A DNA stretch of 64,000 nt from an uncultured Pseudoclavibacter sp. (GTDB lineage Bacteria > Actinomycetota > Actinomycetes > Actinomycetales > Microbacteriaceae): positions 2,512 to 66,511 of the forward strand of contig CAMIMS010000003.1 in NCBI GenBank assembly GCA_946221025.1, in the 5' to 3' direction. The notes beneath the pieces are model-generated. The model was not told where the DNA came from and did not search any database. It saw only the letters and a list, made by a program, of their open reading frames with translations. The position numbers were made by a program, and so were the translations under genes. Positions 37,694 to 47,065 of this stretch are shown here, piece by piece. Numbering within the stretch: position 1 is the stretch's first letter; each line of letters starts with the position of its first letter.

Positions 37694-38797
37694 TTAGGGG
37701 AATGCCGCGAGCACGAGGAATGCGATACCGAGGATGAGGTGAATCGCTGCCTGCTGCCGCGTCGCGCGCCCGCGAGCGACCGTGAGAATGCTGCAGGCGG
37801 CGGTCATCGCGAGCAGTGCCATCTCTACACCGGAAAGTCCAAGGTGCAGCGGAATGTCTCCCACGATCGAGATGATCGCGATTGCGGGAACCGTCAGACC
37901 AATCGATGCGATCGCCGAACCGTACGCCAGGTTGAAGCTCGTCTGCACGCGGTCTCGACGTCCGGCGCGCGCGGCGGCGAGCGTCTCCGGGGCAAGCACG
38001 AGCAGCGCGATGATCACGCCGACGAATGACGACGGAAGACCCGCCCCCGCAACGAACGACTCGATCGCGGGCGATGCCACCTTGGACAGTCCGACCACGC
38101 CAACGAGTGCGACCAGGAGCAGCACGGCTGACGCCCACGTCTCACCGGTCGACGGCGGCTCGGCATGCTCTTCGCCGCCCTTCATTGGCTCGCCCTCTTT
38201 ATCAACGGGAAGGAAGAAATCCCGGTGACGGACCGTTTGCGTCGCAACGAACGAGCCCCAGAGCGCAAGCGACGCGATCGCCGCGAATACGAGCTGAACA
38301 GTCGTGAACACCGGCCCATCCGCACTTCGGGTGAGTGCCGGGAGCACCATCGTGAGCGTTGCCAGCGCAATGACGGCCGCCAGCGCCGCCGACGCACCCT
38401 CAGCGCTGAAGCGAACCATGCCGTGCTTGAGTGTCGCCAGTGTCAGCGAGATACCGACGATGAGGTTCGTGGTGATCATCACCGCCGAGAACACCGTGTC
38501 CCGCGCCAGTGACTCCGACCCCTCTCCCCCGGCGTACATGAGCGTGAGAATCATGCCGACCTCGATGATCGTCACGGCGAGCGCGAGAATCAACGCACCG
38601 AACGGCTCGCCGACTTTCGCCGCGAGCACCTCGGCGTGATGCACGGCAGCGAGCACCGAACCGGCGAGAAAGAGCGCCGATATGCCGTAGGTGATCGGAC
38701 CTTCAAGGCTGAACGCGAGGGCGGCGATGAGCACGAGCGCGCCGAGCAGCGGCACGAAACCCGTCCATCGCACCAGGGGGCGGGCGACATCCTTCAT
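37694..38797 (-). CDS. calcium:proton antiporter (CaCA family, ChaA-like)
   Basis: two alpha-repeat regions (GNAAE-like: ...AVHHAEVL..., ...LAPETLAA...), 10-11 TM. Confidence 0.8.
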   Translation of the reverse strand: MKDVARPLVRWTGFVPLLGALVLIAALAFSLEGPITYGISALFLAGSVLAAVHHAEVLAAKVGEPFGALILALAVTIIEVGMILTLMYAGGEGSESLARDTVFSAVMITTNLIVGISLTLATLKHGMVRFSAEGASAALAAVIALATLTMVLPALTRSADGPVFTTVQLVFAAIASLALWGSFVATQTVRHRDFFLPVDKEGEPMKGGEEHAEPPSTGETWASAVLLLVALVGVVGLSKVASPAIESFVAGAGLPSSFVGVIIALLVLAPETLAAARAGRRDRVQTSFNLAYGSAIASIGLTVPAIAIISIVGDIPLHLGLSGVEMALLAMTAACSILTVARGRATRQQAAIHLILGIAFLVLAAFP

Positions 38798-38976
38798 AGG
38801 CGGGGCGTTCCTTCCGGTGGCGTGAAATGACCAATCCAGCCGCGGCTCGCAGATCGCGCCGGACTGGATGCAAAGGGCACCAGCCTGAAACGTCTCGTTC
38901 GCCGAAGCGTTCGGCACGCGGCCTTTCCACCGTAAGTTGTCAGCCTGACCAAACCTCGCGACCGTACGTTGATCCT

Positions 38977-39639
38977 ATGTCTTTCGCGACTCGAGAACGA
39001 AACGCGCTCGCTGATCTTCTGCTCGAGGTCGGGCCGGATGCGCCGACCCTGTGCGAAGGGTGGACGACGCGAGACCTCGCCGCGCACGTGTGGACGCGTG
39101 AACACGACCCGATCTCCCTCGTTGGCATGGCGATCGAGCCGGCCACGGCGGCCCTTCGCGAGAAGCGTCACGAACGCGCGCTCACCCGGCACGGCTACGA
39201 AGGGCTCGTCGAGCGCCTGCGTTCACGTCCGGGCTTCCCCTCCCCCTTTGCGATCCCGAATGTCGACGGCGCTGTGAATGCGGCGGAGTATTTCATCCAC
39301 CACGAGGACGTCAGGCGCGCTGTCGACGCAAACGCTGGCCCGCGCGACCTCCCGACAGAAGCGGAGGCAGCGCTTTGGCGCATCGCCCCCGTCGTCGCCC
39401 GCTCGTTCACGCACGGCTCACCGGTTCCGGTCATTCTCGAGCGCCTTGGCGCGTCGGGCCTTCCGGTCGACCGTGTTCGCGCTGCGGGAACGCGAAACAG
39501 GGCGGGCGTCATCGTGAGCGGACGAGCGAGCGAACTCCTCTTCGCAATGTTCGGGCGCTGGAAAAACGCAGCAATCGAGATTCGCGGGAACGAAGATGAC
39601 GTCGCAGCGTTTCAATCGTTCCTCGAGCAGAAGGGCTGA
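38977..39639 (+). CDS. DinB/TIGR03085-type (mycothiol-dependent maleylpyruvate isomerase N-domain-like) protein
   Basis: N-terminal LCEGWTTRDLAAHV motif of the DinB_2-like fold. Confidence 0.7.
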   Translation: MSFATRERNALADLLLEVGPDAPTLCEGWTTRDLAAHVWTREHDPISLVGMAIEPATAALREKRHERALTRHGYEGLVERLRSRPGFPSPFAIPNVDGAVNAAEYFIHHEDVRRAVDANAGPRDLPTEAEAALWRIAPVVARSFTHGSPVPVILERLGASGLPVDRVRAAGTRNRAGVIVSGRASELLFAMFGRWKNAAIEIRGNEDDVAAFQSFLEQKG

Positions 39640-39689
39640 CACTTCGCGCAGCCTCATGCCGAAGCGCGCGCCGATTGCAGCGAGCCCGG

Positions 39690-40094
39690 TTACGAGTCGC
39701 TGATGTCGGGCTGACTATCCGGATCCCACATGAGCGTGTGCTGGTGGGTGATCAGACGCATACCCTCATCTGTCATTGCCCATGTGGATACGACGTCGGC
39801 AATGTATTCCACACCGTTTCTGGACGCGGTGAATCGGTACACGACCGCCCACGAGTCGCGCGAGAGCTCGACGACGAGCTCATTCGAGATCGTCGAACGC
39901 TCAAACGGACCGGCCGACTGGAGCGCGTCGAGCCACTGCCCACCAGTCATGACGAATCCCGGAAGCACGACGATTGTGCGTTCGGCAATGCAGGTGCGCA
40001 TACGAGCAACGTCACCCGAAGTCGCAATGATCGCTTCGCATCCGAGCACATCTTCTGCGTTCATGTGTTGCGCGTCGTGGGAAGCCGAGTTCAT
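39690..40094 (-). CDS. NTF2-like / SnoaL-like domain protein
   Basis: about 130 aa with NTF2-fold pattern; moderate confidence. Confidence 0.55.
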   Translation of the reverse strand: MNSASHDAQHMNAEDVLGCEAIIATSGDVARMRTCIAERTIVVLPGFVMTGGQWLDALQSAGPFERSTISNELVVELSRDSWAVVYRFTASRNGVEYIADVVSTWAMTDEGMRLITHQHTLMWDPDSQPDISDS

Positions 40095-40610
40095 CTATTC
40101 GTCCGCCTTCGGTTCTTCGATTTCGCCCTGGTCTGAATCGCCGGTCAGTTCAGTGAATCGAGTCGCATACTCGGGCATCACGGTCGCCCACGTGAACAGG
40201 GTGACCATGACGAGGGCAAAGGTCAGCAGTCGCATGATGTCTGTCGCGGCAATGGCGAGCAGTGCCGTCGCCGCCATTGCACCGAATCCAGCCGCGAGCG
40301 AATCGATCACTGCGAGTCGGAAGATTCCACGCTTCGTGACTGGTCGCAGGCCTGCGCTGAGCGCTCGCCGAACGCTCAGAAGGAGCCATGCTCCCCCGAG
40401 TGTGACAACGACATAGATGAGCCAACCCACGGCCGTGGCAACGATGCCGCGCGCGTCGATCGTGGCGCTCCCTTCGGGCGTGAAGCCAAAGTACGCGATG
40501 CCCGCCAGGATCCCGACGATGCTGAGGGTCGCCAGCATCCGCGGTGCGATCGCTTTAAGCGGAGGGCGAATATCCGCCTCGATCACCCGGGCCGGGGTGT
40601 CGTCTGTCAT
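40095..40610 (-). CDS. hypothetical membrane protein (4 TM)
   Basis: hydrophobic segments; contiguous with the upstream NTF2-like gene. Confidence 0.5.
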   Translation of the reverse strand: MTDDTPARVIEADIRPPLKAIAPRMLATLSIVGILAGIAYFGFTPEGSATIDARGIVATAVGWLIYVVVTLGGAWLLLSVRRALSAGLRPVTKRGIFRLAVIDSLAAGFGAMAATALLAIAATDIMRLLTFALVMVTLFTWATVMPEYATRFTELTGDSDQGEIEEPKADE

Positions 40611-40699
40611 GCGAGCGCCTGGATCGACCTCGCGCTTCGAACGCTCATTCGTGCCGCGGGGATCTGATTGCCGAGTCACGTTCCGAGTGTAGGCACACG

Positions 40700-40731
40700 G
40701 CAAACGGCGCCCCCGAAGGGACGCCGTTTGC
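40700..40731. terminator. hairpin downstream of the GlsB-family gene (no U-tract)
   Basis: gcaaacggcgcccc-cgaa-gggacgccgtttgc. Confidence 0.4.
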
Positions 40732-40748
40732 TGAGATTCGGTGAATGC

Positions 40749-41066
40749 CTAGTGGCGGTCAACCTGCTTGCCCGCACCGGTGTTCGAGCCGCTGTTGCGG
40801 CCCGCGAGCCACTGCCAAATAACGATCACGAGGATCGCGCCAATGGTCGAGAAGACCCAGGTCAGCGGGTTCCACAGGCCCCAGCTCTGCTCACCGGGGA
40901 GAAGACCGGCGATCAGACCACCGAGCGCGGCACCGAGCAGACCCGGGATCAGGGTGCCGAGGAAGCCACCACCCTGGCGTCCGGGAATGATGAACTTCGC
41001 GACGATGCCCGCGAGAAGTCCGACGATGATCCATGCGAGAAAACCAAGCGAAAATGCCGTGTTCAT
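40749..41066 (-). CDS. GlsB/YeaQ/YmgE-family stress membrane protein
   Basis: GFLAWIIVGLLAGIVAKFIIPG...G-rich TM pattern typical of the transglycosylase-associated family. Confidence 0.8.
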   Translation of the reverse strand: MNTAFSLGFLAWIIVGLLAGIVAKFIIPGRQGGGFLGTLIPGLLGAALGGLIAGLLPGEQSWGLWNPLTWVFSTIGAILVIVIWQWLAGRNSGSNTGAGKQVDRH

Positions 41067-41220
41067 AACAACCTCTAAATATTCGTTGGGAAGGAGCACG
41101 CGCGGAGCGTGCGCTCACGGGTGTGAACCCGTTTGCTCCTCGACGATAGTCAGCGACCCTGAGCAAGCCCGGGGTACTTCGACCCATCCGCTCCCCGTGC
41201 CGGTTGCGACCTCATCTCGA

Positions 41221-41532
41221 TCAGAGCTGAGAGGGGCCCGAATCATCCCCGGACTCGACCTCATCCGGTTCCGACAGAATCGCGCAAATCCGATCGAGAA
41301 TCTCGTCTGCATCCATGCCCGAAACGGTGATTTCCACGCTGTCCCCCGGATGCAGTTCTAACGCGACAATGCCGAGGACGCTTCGCGCGTCACGGTTCCC
41401 GATCCGCACGCTCGCAGAGACCTGTCGGGCGATCTCGGCAATCTCCGTGGCAGGCCGGAGGTGCAGGCCATCGGCACGAGTCACCCGGACCCGTTGAGTC
41501 AACAGTCCGTCACGCTCTACCCGTGCGTGCAT
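41221..41532 (-). CDS. HPr-family phosphocarrier protein (orphan)
   Basis: ADGLHLRPATEIAEIA contains the His15-equivalent; about 100 aa with acidic tail. Confidence 0.75.
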   Translation of the reverse strand: MHARVERDGLLTQRVRVTRADGLHLRPATEIAEIARQVSASVRIGNRDARSVLGIVALELHPGDSVEITVSGMDADEILDRICAILSEPDEVESGDDSGPSQL

Positions 41533-41625
41533 CGCGTGGCCCCGTTCCTCGTCGTCCAACGGTGCGACCGTCCTTGCTACTCCATCGGCGTTTCGGCCCT
41601 GTTCACCGCCATCTAGCTGGTCTTG

Positions 41626-41647
41626 ACGCGGATCGTCCCTACCACGC
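41626..41647. promoter_or_regulatory. perfect inverted repeat TCCCTACC-acgctc-GGTAGGGA in the HPr/glpF divergent region
   Basis: seen directly; about 80 bp upstream of glpF. Confidence 0.35.
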
Positions 41648-41724
41648 TCGGTAGGGAGCTACAGTTATGCGGATCGCGCGTCGCAGAGTGGTGGCGCGCA
41701 CACGATTGAGAAGGGCTATTTCTC

Positions 41725-42498
41725 GTGGGAACGATTTTTCTTTCCGAGATGGTAGGCATGACCCTGCTGATTCTCCTCGGATGCGGTGTGGTCGCGAACG
41801 TCGCGCTTGCCGGCACGAAGGGCAACGGTGCCGGATTCCTCACCGTCAACATCGGATGGGGCCTCGCGGTGTTCGTGGGTGTCCTCGCTTCGGCGGCCTC
41901 TGGCGGACACATCAACCCGGCAGTGACGCTGGGGCTTGCCGCAAACGACCTCGTCAACGGTGCTGCCGTTGACTGGGCCGATGTCGCCATCCGCATTGCC
42001 GCCCAGATGGTCGGCGCCATCCTCGGTGCGATCCTGTGCTGGCTGTCGTACAAGACGCACTTCGACGACGAGCCGGACCCGGCCAACAAGCTCGGCGTGT
42101 TCGCTACCGGCCCGGCTACGCGTTCGTACGGCTGGAACTTCGTGACCGAGGTCATCGCGACCTTCGTGCTCGTGCTCGCCGTCATCTCGTTCGCGAACTT
42201 CAACGCACCGGCTGAGCCCGCGCAGGGCGGCCAGGTCTTCTCTGAGCTCGGCAACCTCGCCCCGCTTGCGGTCGCGCTCGTCGTGATCGCGATCGGCGCC
42301 TGCCTCGGTGGTCCCACCGGTTACGCCATCAACCCTGCCCGTGACCTCGGCCCGCGCATCGCGCACGCGATTCTTCCGATCCGCGGCAAGGGCGGCAGCG
42401 ACTGGGCCTACTCGTGGGTCCCGGTTGCCGGTCCGATCGTCGGTGGTGTGCTCGCGGGCCTGATCGGCACCGCGATCCTGCCGCCGGCAATGGGCTAA
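41725..42498 (+). CDS. glpF: glycerol uptake facilitator (MIP/aquaglyceroporin)
   Basis: two NPA boxes (HINPAVT, AINPARD); GTG start. Confidence 0.9.
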   Translation: MGTIFLSEMVGMTLLILLGCGVVANVALAGTKGNGAGFLTVNIGWGLAVFVGVLASAASGGHINPAVTLGLAANDLVNGAAVDWADVAIRIAAQMVGAILGAILCWLSYKTHFDDEPDPANKLGVFATGPATRSYGWNFVTEVIATFVLVLAVISFANFNAPAEPAQGGQVFSELGNLAPLAVALVVIAIGACLGGPTGYAINPARDLGPRIAHAILPIRGKGGSDWAYSWVPVAGPIVGGVLAGLIGTAILPPAMG

Positions 42499-42549
42499 CC
42501 CGAAGCTTCACCTCCAAGTCAACGACGACAAGAGAAAGAGAGCGCCCTC

Positions 42550-44079
42550 GTGGCAGAAAACAAGTACGTGATCGCACTCGACCAGGGCACGACCTCGAGC
42601 CGTGCCATCGTGTTCGATCACTCCGGTTCGATCATCTCGACCGGTCAGCTCGAGCACGAGCAGATCTTCCCCAAGGCCGGATGGGTCGAGCACGACCCGA
42701 CGGAGATCATTCGCAACGTGCGCGAGGCGATCGGTCAGGCACTTTCGCGTGCAAACCTGACCCGTCACGACATCGAAGCGGTCGGTATCACCAACCAGCG
42801 TGAAACCACGGTGGTCTGGGACAAGAACACCGGTGAGCCGATCTACAACGCGATCGTGTGGCAGGACACCCGCACGCAGGCGATTGTCGACCGTCTCGCA
42901 CAGGATGGCGGCGAAGACCGCTTCCGCGAGACGGTGGGTCTTCCCCTCAGCACCTACTTCTCGGGAACGAAGATCCTCTGGATCCTCGAGAACGTGGAGG
43001 GTGCGCGCGAGAAGGCCGAGGCCGGCGATCTGCTGTTCGGTACGACCGACACCTGGGTGCTTTGGAACCTCACCGGCGGCGTGAACGGTGGCGTGCACGC
43101 CACCGACGTCACGAACGCGTCGCGCACGCTCCTCATGGACCTGCGCACGCTCGACTGGGATGAGGACATTCTCGAGGTCTTCGGCATTCCCCGGTCGATG
43201 CTCCCGGAGATCAAGTCGTCGTCCGAGGTCTACGGCAACATCGAGTCGAGCTCGCTGCTTCGCGAAGTTCCGGTCGCCGGAATCCTCGGTGACCAGCAGG
43301 CCGCCACGTTCGGCCAGACCGCCTTCGAAAGCGGTTCGGCGAAGAACACCTACGGCACCGGCTCGTTCCTCATTTACAACACCGGTGAGGAAATCGTTCA
43401 GTCGGACAACGGCCTGCTGACCACCGTTTGCTACAAGCTCGGTGACAACAAGCCGGTGTACGCTCTCGAGGGTTCGATCGCGGTCACGGGTTCGCTCGTG
43501 CAGTGGCTGCGCGACAACCTGCGCATGTTCGACCAGGCCCCCGAGGTTGAGAAGCTCGCCCTCGAGGTCGAGGACAACGGTGGCTGCTACGTCGTGCCGG
43601 CCTTCTCGGGTCTGTACGCGCCGTACTGGCGCTCGGACGCGCGTGGAGCGATCGTGGGCCTGACCCGCTACGTGAACCGTCACCACATCGCGCGTGCCGT
43701 TCTCGAGTCGACCGCCTTCCAGACGCGTGACGTGCTTGAGGCGAGCAATGCCGACTCCGGTGTGCCGCTCGAGGAGCTGCGCGTGGACGGCGGCATGGTC
43801 GAGAACGACACCCTCATGCAGTTCCAGGCCGACATCCTCGGCACCGAGGTCGTTCGCCCGAAGGTCGCGGAGACGACCGCACTCGGCGCGGCGTACGCGG
43901 CCGGTCTTGCCGTCGGGTTCTGGAAGGACCTCGACGAGGTTCGCCAGAACTGGCAGGAGGACAAGCGCTGGACCCCGCAGATGTCGGAGGACGAGCGTGA
44001 GCGTCGCTACCGCATCTGGAAGAAGGCTGTCGAGCGCACCTTCGACTGGGTCGACGAAGACACGACCGAACTGGCCTAG
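42550..44079 (+). CDS. glpK: glycerol kinase
   Basis: [23 protein letters not shown]...[17 protein letters not shown] kinase motifs. Confidence 0.95.
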   Translation: MAENKYVIALDQGTTSSRAIVFDHSGSIISTGQLEHEQIFPKAGWVEHDPTEIIRNVREAIGQALSRANLTRHDIEAVGITNQRETTVVWDKNTGEPIYNAIVWQDTRTQAIVDRLAQDGGEDRFRETVGLPLSTYFSGTKILWILENVEGAREKAEAGDLLFGTTDTWVLWNLTGGVNGGVHATDVTNASRTLLMDLRTLDWDEDILEVFGIPRSMLPEIKSSSEVYGNIESSSLLREVPVAGILGDQQAATFGQTAFESGSAKNTYGTGSFLIYNTGEEIVQSDNGLLTTVCYKLGDNKPVYALEGSIAVTGSLVQWLRDNLRMFDQAPEVEKLALEVEDNGGCYVVPAFSGLYAPYWRSDARGAIVGLTRYVNRHHIARAVLESTAFQTRDVLEASNADSGVPLEELRVDGGMVENDTLMQFQADILGTEVVRPKVAETTALGAAYAAGLAVGFWKDLDEVRQNWQEDKRWTPQMSEDERERRYRIWKKAVERTFDWVDEDTTELA

Positions 44080-44093
44080 TCCTGAGGCGACAA

Positions 44094-44128
44094 GGAGGGC
44101 GTCCCCGGTTTCGGGGGCGCCCTCCTTT
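44094..44128 (+). terminator. glpK intrinsic terminator
   Basis: ggagggcgtccccg-gttt-cgggggcgccctcc followed by TTTG. Confidence 0.7.
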
Positions 44129-44162
44129 GTCATCAGCAGGCGGTTTTGTCATCAGCAGGCGG
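44127..44162. repeat. tandem direct repeat, two copies of TTGTCATCAGCAGGCGG (19-bp period)
   Basis: seen directly, immediately after the glpK terminator. Confidence 0.6.
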
Positions 44163-44178
44163 GTGCCGTGCAGATAAG

Positions 44179-44219
44179 ACGGTCCCGGCGAAGCGGTGTG
44201 TTCGCTTCACCGGGACCGT
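44179..44219. terminator. long hairpin (17-bp stem, one mismatch) in the glpK/trpD convergent spacer
   Basis: acggtcccggcgaagcg-gtgtgtt-cgcttcaccgggaccgt. Confidence 0.45.
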
Positions 44220-44237
44220 TCGTTCGTGCCCGGGGCA

Positions 44238-44259
44238 GGCAGTGGCAACGACCACTGCC
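44238..44259 (-). terminator. hairpin directly downstream of trpD
   Basis: GGCAGTGG-caacga-CCACTGCC perfect 8-bp stem (extendable to about 12 bp). Confidence 0.45.
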
Positions 44260-44274
44260 GGCACGTCACTGCGC

Positions 44275-45363
44275 CTATGCGGACGCGTTCGTGGCCGTCA
44301 CCCAGTCATCGAGCTTCTTGATGGCGGCCCCTGACTCGATCGCTTCGCGAGCGGTCAGGATGCGCTCGCTCAGGCGATGGCGAATCGGGCGCCCTGCAAG
44401 CTCCGGGTTCTTCGCGAGGTCGAAGGCGACCATGCCCGCGGCGGCGTTCAGCAGCACGATGTCGCGCACCGCATCCCGCCCACTTCCGGCGAGCGTCTCG
44501 CGCGCAACTGCCGCGTTCTCCTCCGGGCTTCCCCCGAGGAGCTCTTCGATCGGGTGCACGGTAAGACCTACATCGCTCGGGTGCACATCGTGCTCGTTGA
44601 TGTCTCCGTTCGCGACTTCCCAGATGTGGGAGTAGCCGGTGACCGTCATCTCATCCAGTCCGTCTTGACCGCGGAACACCAGCGCGGTCGCACCGCGCGT
44701 TCGGAACACGCCAGTGATGATCGGAATCGCCCGCTCACGGGCGACCCCAATCGCGCTCGCCTCGGGTCGCGCGGGATTGGTGAGGGGGCCGAGGAAGTTG
44801 AACACCGTTTCGACACCGAGATCCTTGCGGGTGGATGCCGCATGCGCGAACCCCGGATGAAAGAGCGTCGCGAACAGGAAGGCAAGGCCGGTGTCTTCGA
44901 AGATGCGAGTAATCTCGCCCGGCTCGTTGGTGTGCTTCGCGCCAAGCGCCGTGAGCACATCAGAGCTGCCGGACTTTCCACTGGCAGCGCGGGAGCCGTG
45001 CTTGACAACGGGGATGCCGGATGCGGCGATGACCATTGACGCCATCGTTGAAACATTGACTGTTCCGATCATGTCGCCACCGGTACCCACGATGTCGACC
45101 GCCCACGGGGTGAGGTCGGTGGGCCTGCTTCGTTCGAGGACCGCATCGCGAAATCCGATGACTTCCTCGACGGTCTCGCCTTTTGCGCGCAGGGCAATGA
45201 GGAAGGCGGCGAGCCTGGCTTCGCTCACTTGGCCATCCATGATCTGCCGCATCGCCCACGTAGCCTCGGAGATCGAGAGGTCGTTGCCTGCAAGCAGCGA
45301 GTTGAGCATGGTCGGCCAGGTGAGTTCGGCAGTCATGGACTCGAGCGTATCGGCCGAGTGCAA
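44275..45363 (-). CDS. trpD: anthranilate phosphoribosyltransferase
   Basis: VDIVGTGGD, KHGSRAASGKSGSSD, NPARP are TrpD motifs; start at 45363 or MTAEL at 45336. Confidence 0.92.
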   Translation of the reverse strand: MHSADTLESMTAELTWPTMLNSLLAGNDLSISEATWAMRQIMDGQVSEARLAAFLIALRAKGETVEEVIGFRDAVLERSRPTDLTPWAVDIVGTGGDMIGTVNVSTMASMVIAASGIPVVKHGSRAASGKSGSSDVLTALGAKHTNEPGEITRIFEDTGLAFLFATLFHPGFAHAASTRKDLGVETVFNFLGPLTNPARPEASAIGVARERAIPIITGVFRTRGATALVFRGQDGLDEMTVTGYSHIWEVANGDINEHDVHPSDVGLTVHPIEELLGGSPEENAAVARETLAGSGRDAVRDIVLLNAAAGMVAFDLAKNPELAGRPIRHRLSERILTAREAIESGAAIKKLDDWVTATNASA

Positions 45364-45503
45364 CAGCCTGCCCTGCCGGCGTCCACGCGGGTACCTGAAG
45401 CGCGGGCGCCTACGAATTCGCTGATCAGGCTGAAATCGAGCGGATCAGGGTCAACTGCGATCGGGGCGTGCCTCGGTTAGAAATTCCTGGGAAATCGGCC
45501 ATA

Positions 45504-46136
45504 ATGGACAGCGTGACTTCAACTACCGCTGCGCCCGCTGTGCACACCGTTCACCGGCCGAACACCGTCGCAATCGGGGTGATCGTGTGGCTCGGGTCCG
45601 AGGTCATGTTCTTCGCGGGCCTGTTCGCGATCTACTTCACGCTCCGCGCGATGGCGCCGGAGCAGTTCCAGGTCGGGCACGATGCCTTCAACATTCCCTT
45701 CGCCGTGTTCAACACCCTGGTGCTGGTGTCGTCTTCGTTCACCTGCCAGTTCGGCGTGTTCGCCGCAGAGCGTGGCCAGAAGACTCGTGCAAACGGCAAG
45801 TGGGGCGTCGTTGAGTGGTTCTTCCTCACGTTCCTGCTCGGCGCGTTCTTCATCGGCGGTCAGGTCTTCGAGTACGCGAGCCTGGTTCAGGAAGGCTTCC
45901 CCCTGAACCGCGATGCCTTCACGAGCGCGTTCTACATGTCCACCGGCTTCCACGGCATTCACGTGACGGGCGGCCTCATCGCCTTCCTGCTGGTCATCGG
46001 CCGTATGTACTCGGTGCGCCGCATGAGCCACCGCGAAGCGACTAACGCCATCGTCGTGTCCTACTACTGGCACTTCGTCGACGTTGTGTGGGTCGGTCTC
46101 TTCTTCGTCATCTACCTCCTCCCGTTCATTGCCTAG
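45504..46136 (+). CDS. ctaE: cytochrome c oxidase subunit III
   Basis: 5 TM, GFHGIHVTGG...YWHFVDVVW motifs; start MDSVTS. Confidence 0.9.
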   Translation: MDSVTSTTAAPAVHTVHRPNTVAIGVIVWLGSEVMFFAGLFAIYFTLRAMAPEQFQVGHDAFNIPFAVFNTLVLVSSSFTCQFGVFAAERGQKTRANGKWGVVEWFFLTFLLGAFFIGGQVFEYASLVQEGFPLNRDAFTSAFYMSTGFHGIHVTGGLIAFLLVIGRMYSVRRMSHREATNAIVVSYYWHFVDVVWVGLFFVIYLLPFIA

Positions 46137-46155
46137 TTCGAGCAGGTCTTCTCTT

Positions 46156-46992
46156 ATGTCGCTCCCCTCACGCACACCGCGTCGCACCTCAACCCGCGCC
46201 ACCGCTAAGAAGCGCTCCTCGCGTCGCTCGCCGCTACGCTCTGCGCTGCTTCTCGGAACGGGTCTGCTGCTTGCCGGCGCCGCGTACAGCGCGGCTGACT
46301 CGGCTACCGAAGCGAGCGCCACGACTGACCTGACCTCGCCGCAGACGATCGCCGAAGGCGAGAAGCTCTTCAACAGCAACTGCGCGAGCTGCCACGGTGT
46401 GAACGCGGTCGGCACTGACGCCGGTCCGTCACTCGTTGGCGTGGGTGCGGCTGCGGTCGACTTCCAGGTCGGCACCGGTCGCATGCCGATGCAGAACAAC
46501 AGCGCGCAGGCACCGAAGAAGCCGAACCAGTTCACGGATGAGCAGACCAAGCAGCTCGCTGCCTACGTCGCCTCCCTCGGTGCCGGACCGGACATCCCCG
46601 ATGCGAAGTACCTCGACGCGCAGGGCGATGCCGCACGGGGCGCCGAGCTGTTCCGAATCAACTGCGCGATGTGCCACAACGTCGCCGGTGCCGGCGGCGC
46701 GCTGACCGAAGGCAAGTTCGCCCCCGAGCTGCAGACCGTTCAGCCCGTGCACATCTACGAGGCCATGATCATCGGGCCGCAGAACATGCCGGTCTTCAAC
46801 GACGCGAACCTCTCCCCCGAGGACAAGCGCGACATCATTACCGCGCTTCGCTACCAGACCGAGGTGTCGGGCCCGGTCGCCGGTTACCCCCTCGGCTCGA
46901 TCGGCCCGGTCTCCGAAGGTCTGTTCATCTGGATCTTCGGCATCGGCAGCGTCTTGGCCATCACGGTCTGGCTCACGAAGCGCCCGAACTAG
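46156..46992 (+). CDS. qcrC: cytochrome bc1 complex diheme cytochrome c subunit
   Basis: two CxxCH motifs (CASCHG, CAMCHN), C-terminal TM anchor. Confidence 0.92.
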   Translation: MSLPSRTPRRTSTRATAKKRSSRRSPLRSALLLGTGLLLAGAAYSAADSATEASATTDLTSPQTIAEGEKLFNSNCASCHGVNAVGTDAGPSLVGVGAAAVDFQVGTGRMPMQNNSAQAPKKPNQFTDEQTKQLAAYVASLGAGPDIPDAKYLDAQGDAARGAELFRINCAMCHNVAGAGGALTEGKFAPELQTVQPVHIYEAMIIGPQNMPVFNDANLSPEDKRDIITALRYQTEVSGPVAGYPLGSIGPVSEGLFIWIFGIGSVLAITVWLTKRPN

Positions 46993-47065
46993 CCGCTTCC
47001 GCGGCTCTTATCGCCGCGTTTGAGCACACATTCGACGAAGAACGAACATAGGAAAGCGAGACCCC

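Noticed and set aside
42508-44133. 541-aa ORF on the - strand
   Set aside because: Antisense to glpK; no protein-like motifs
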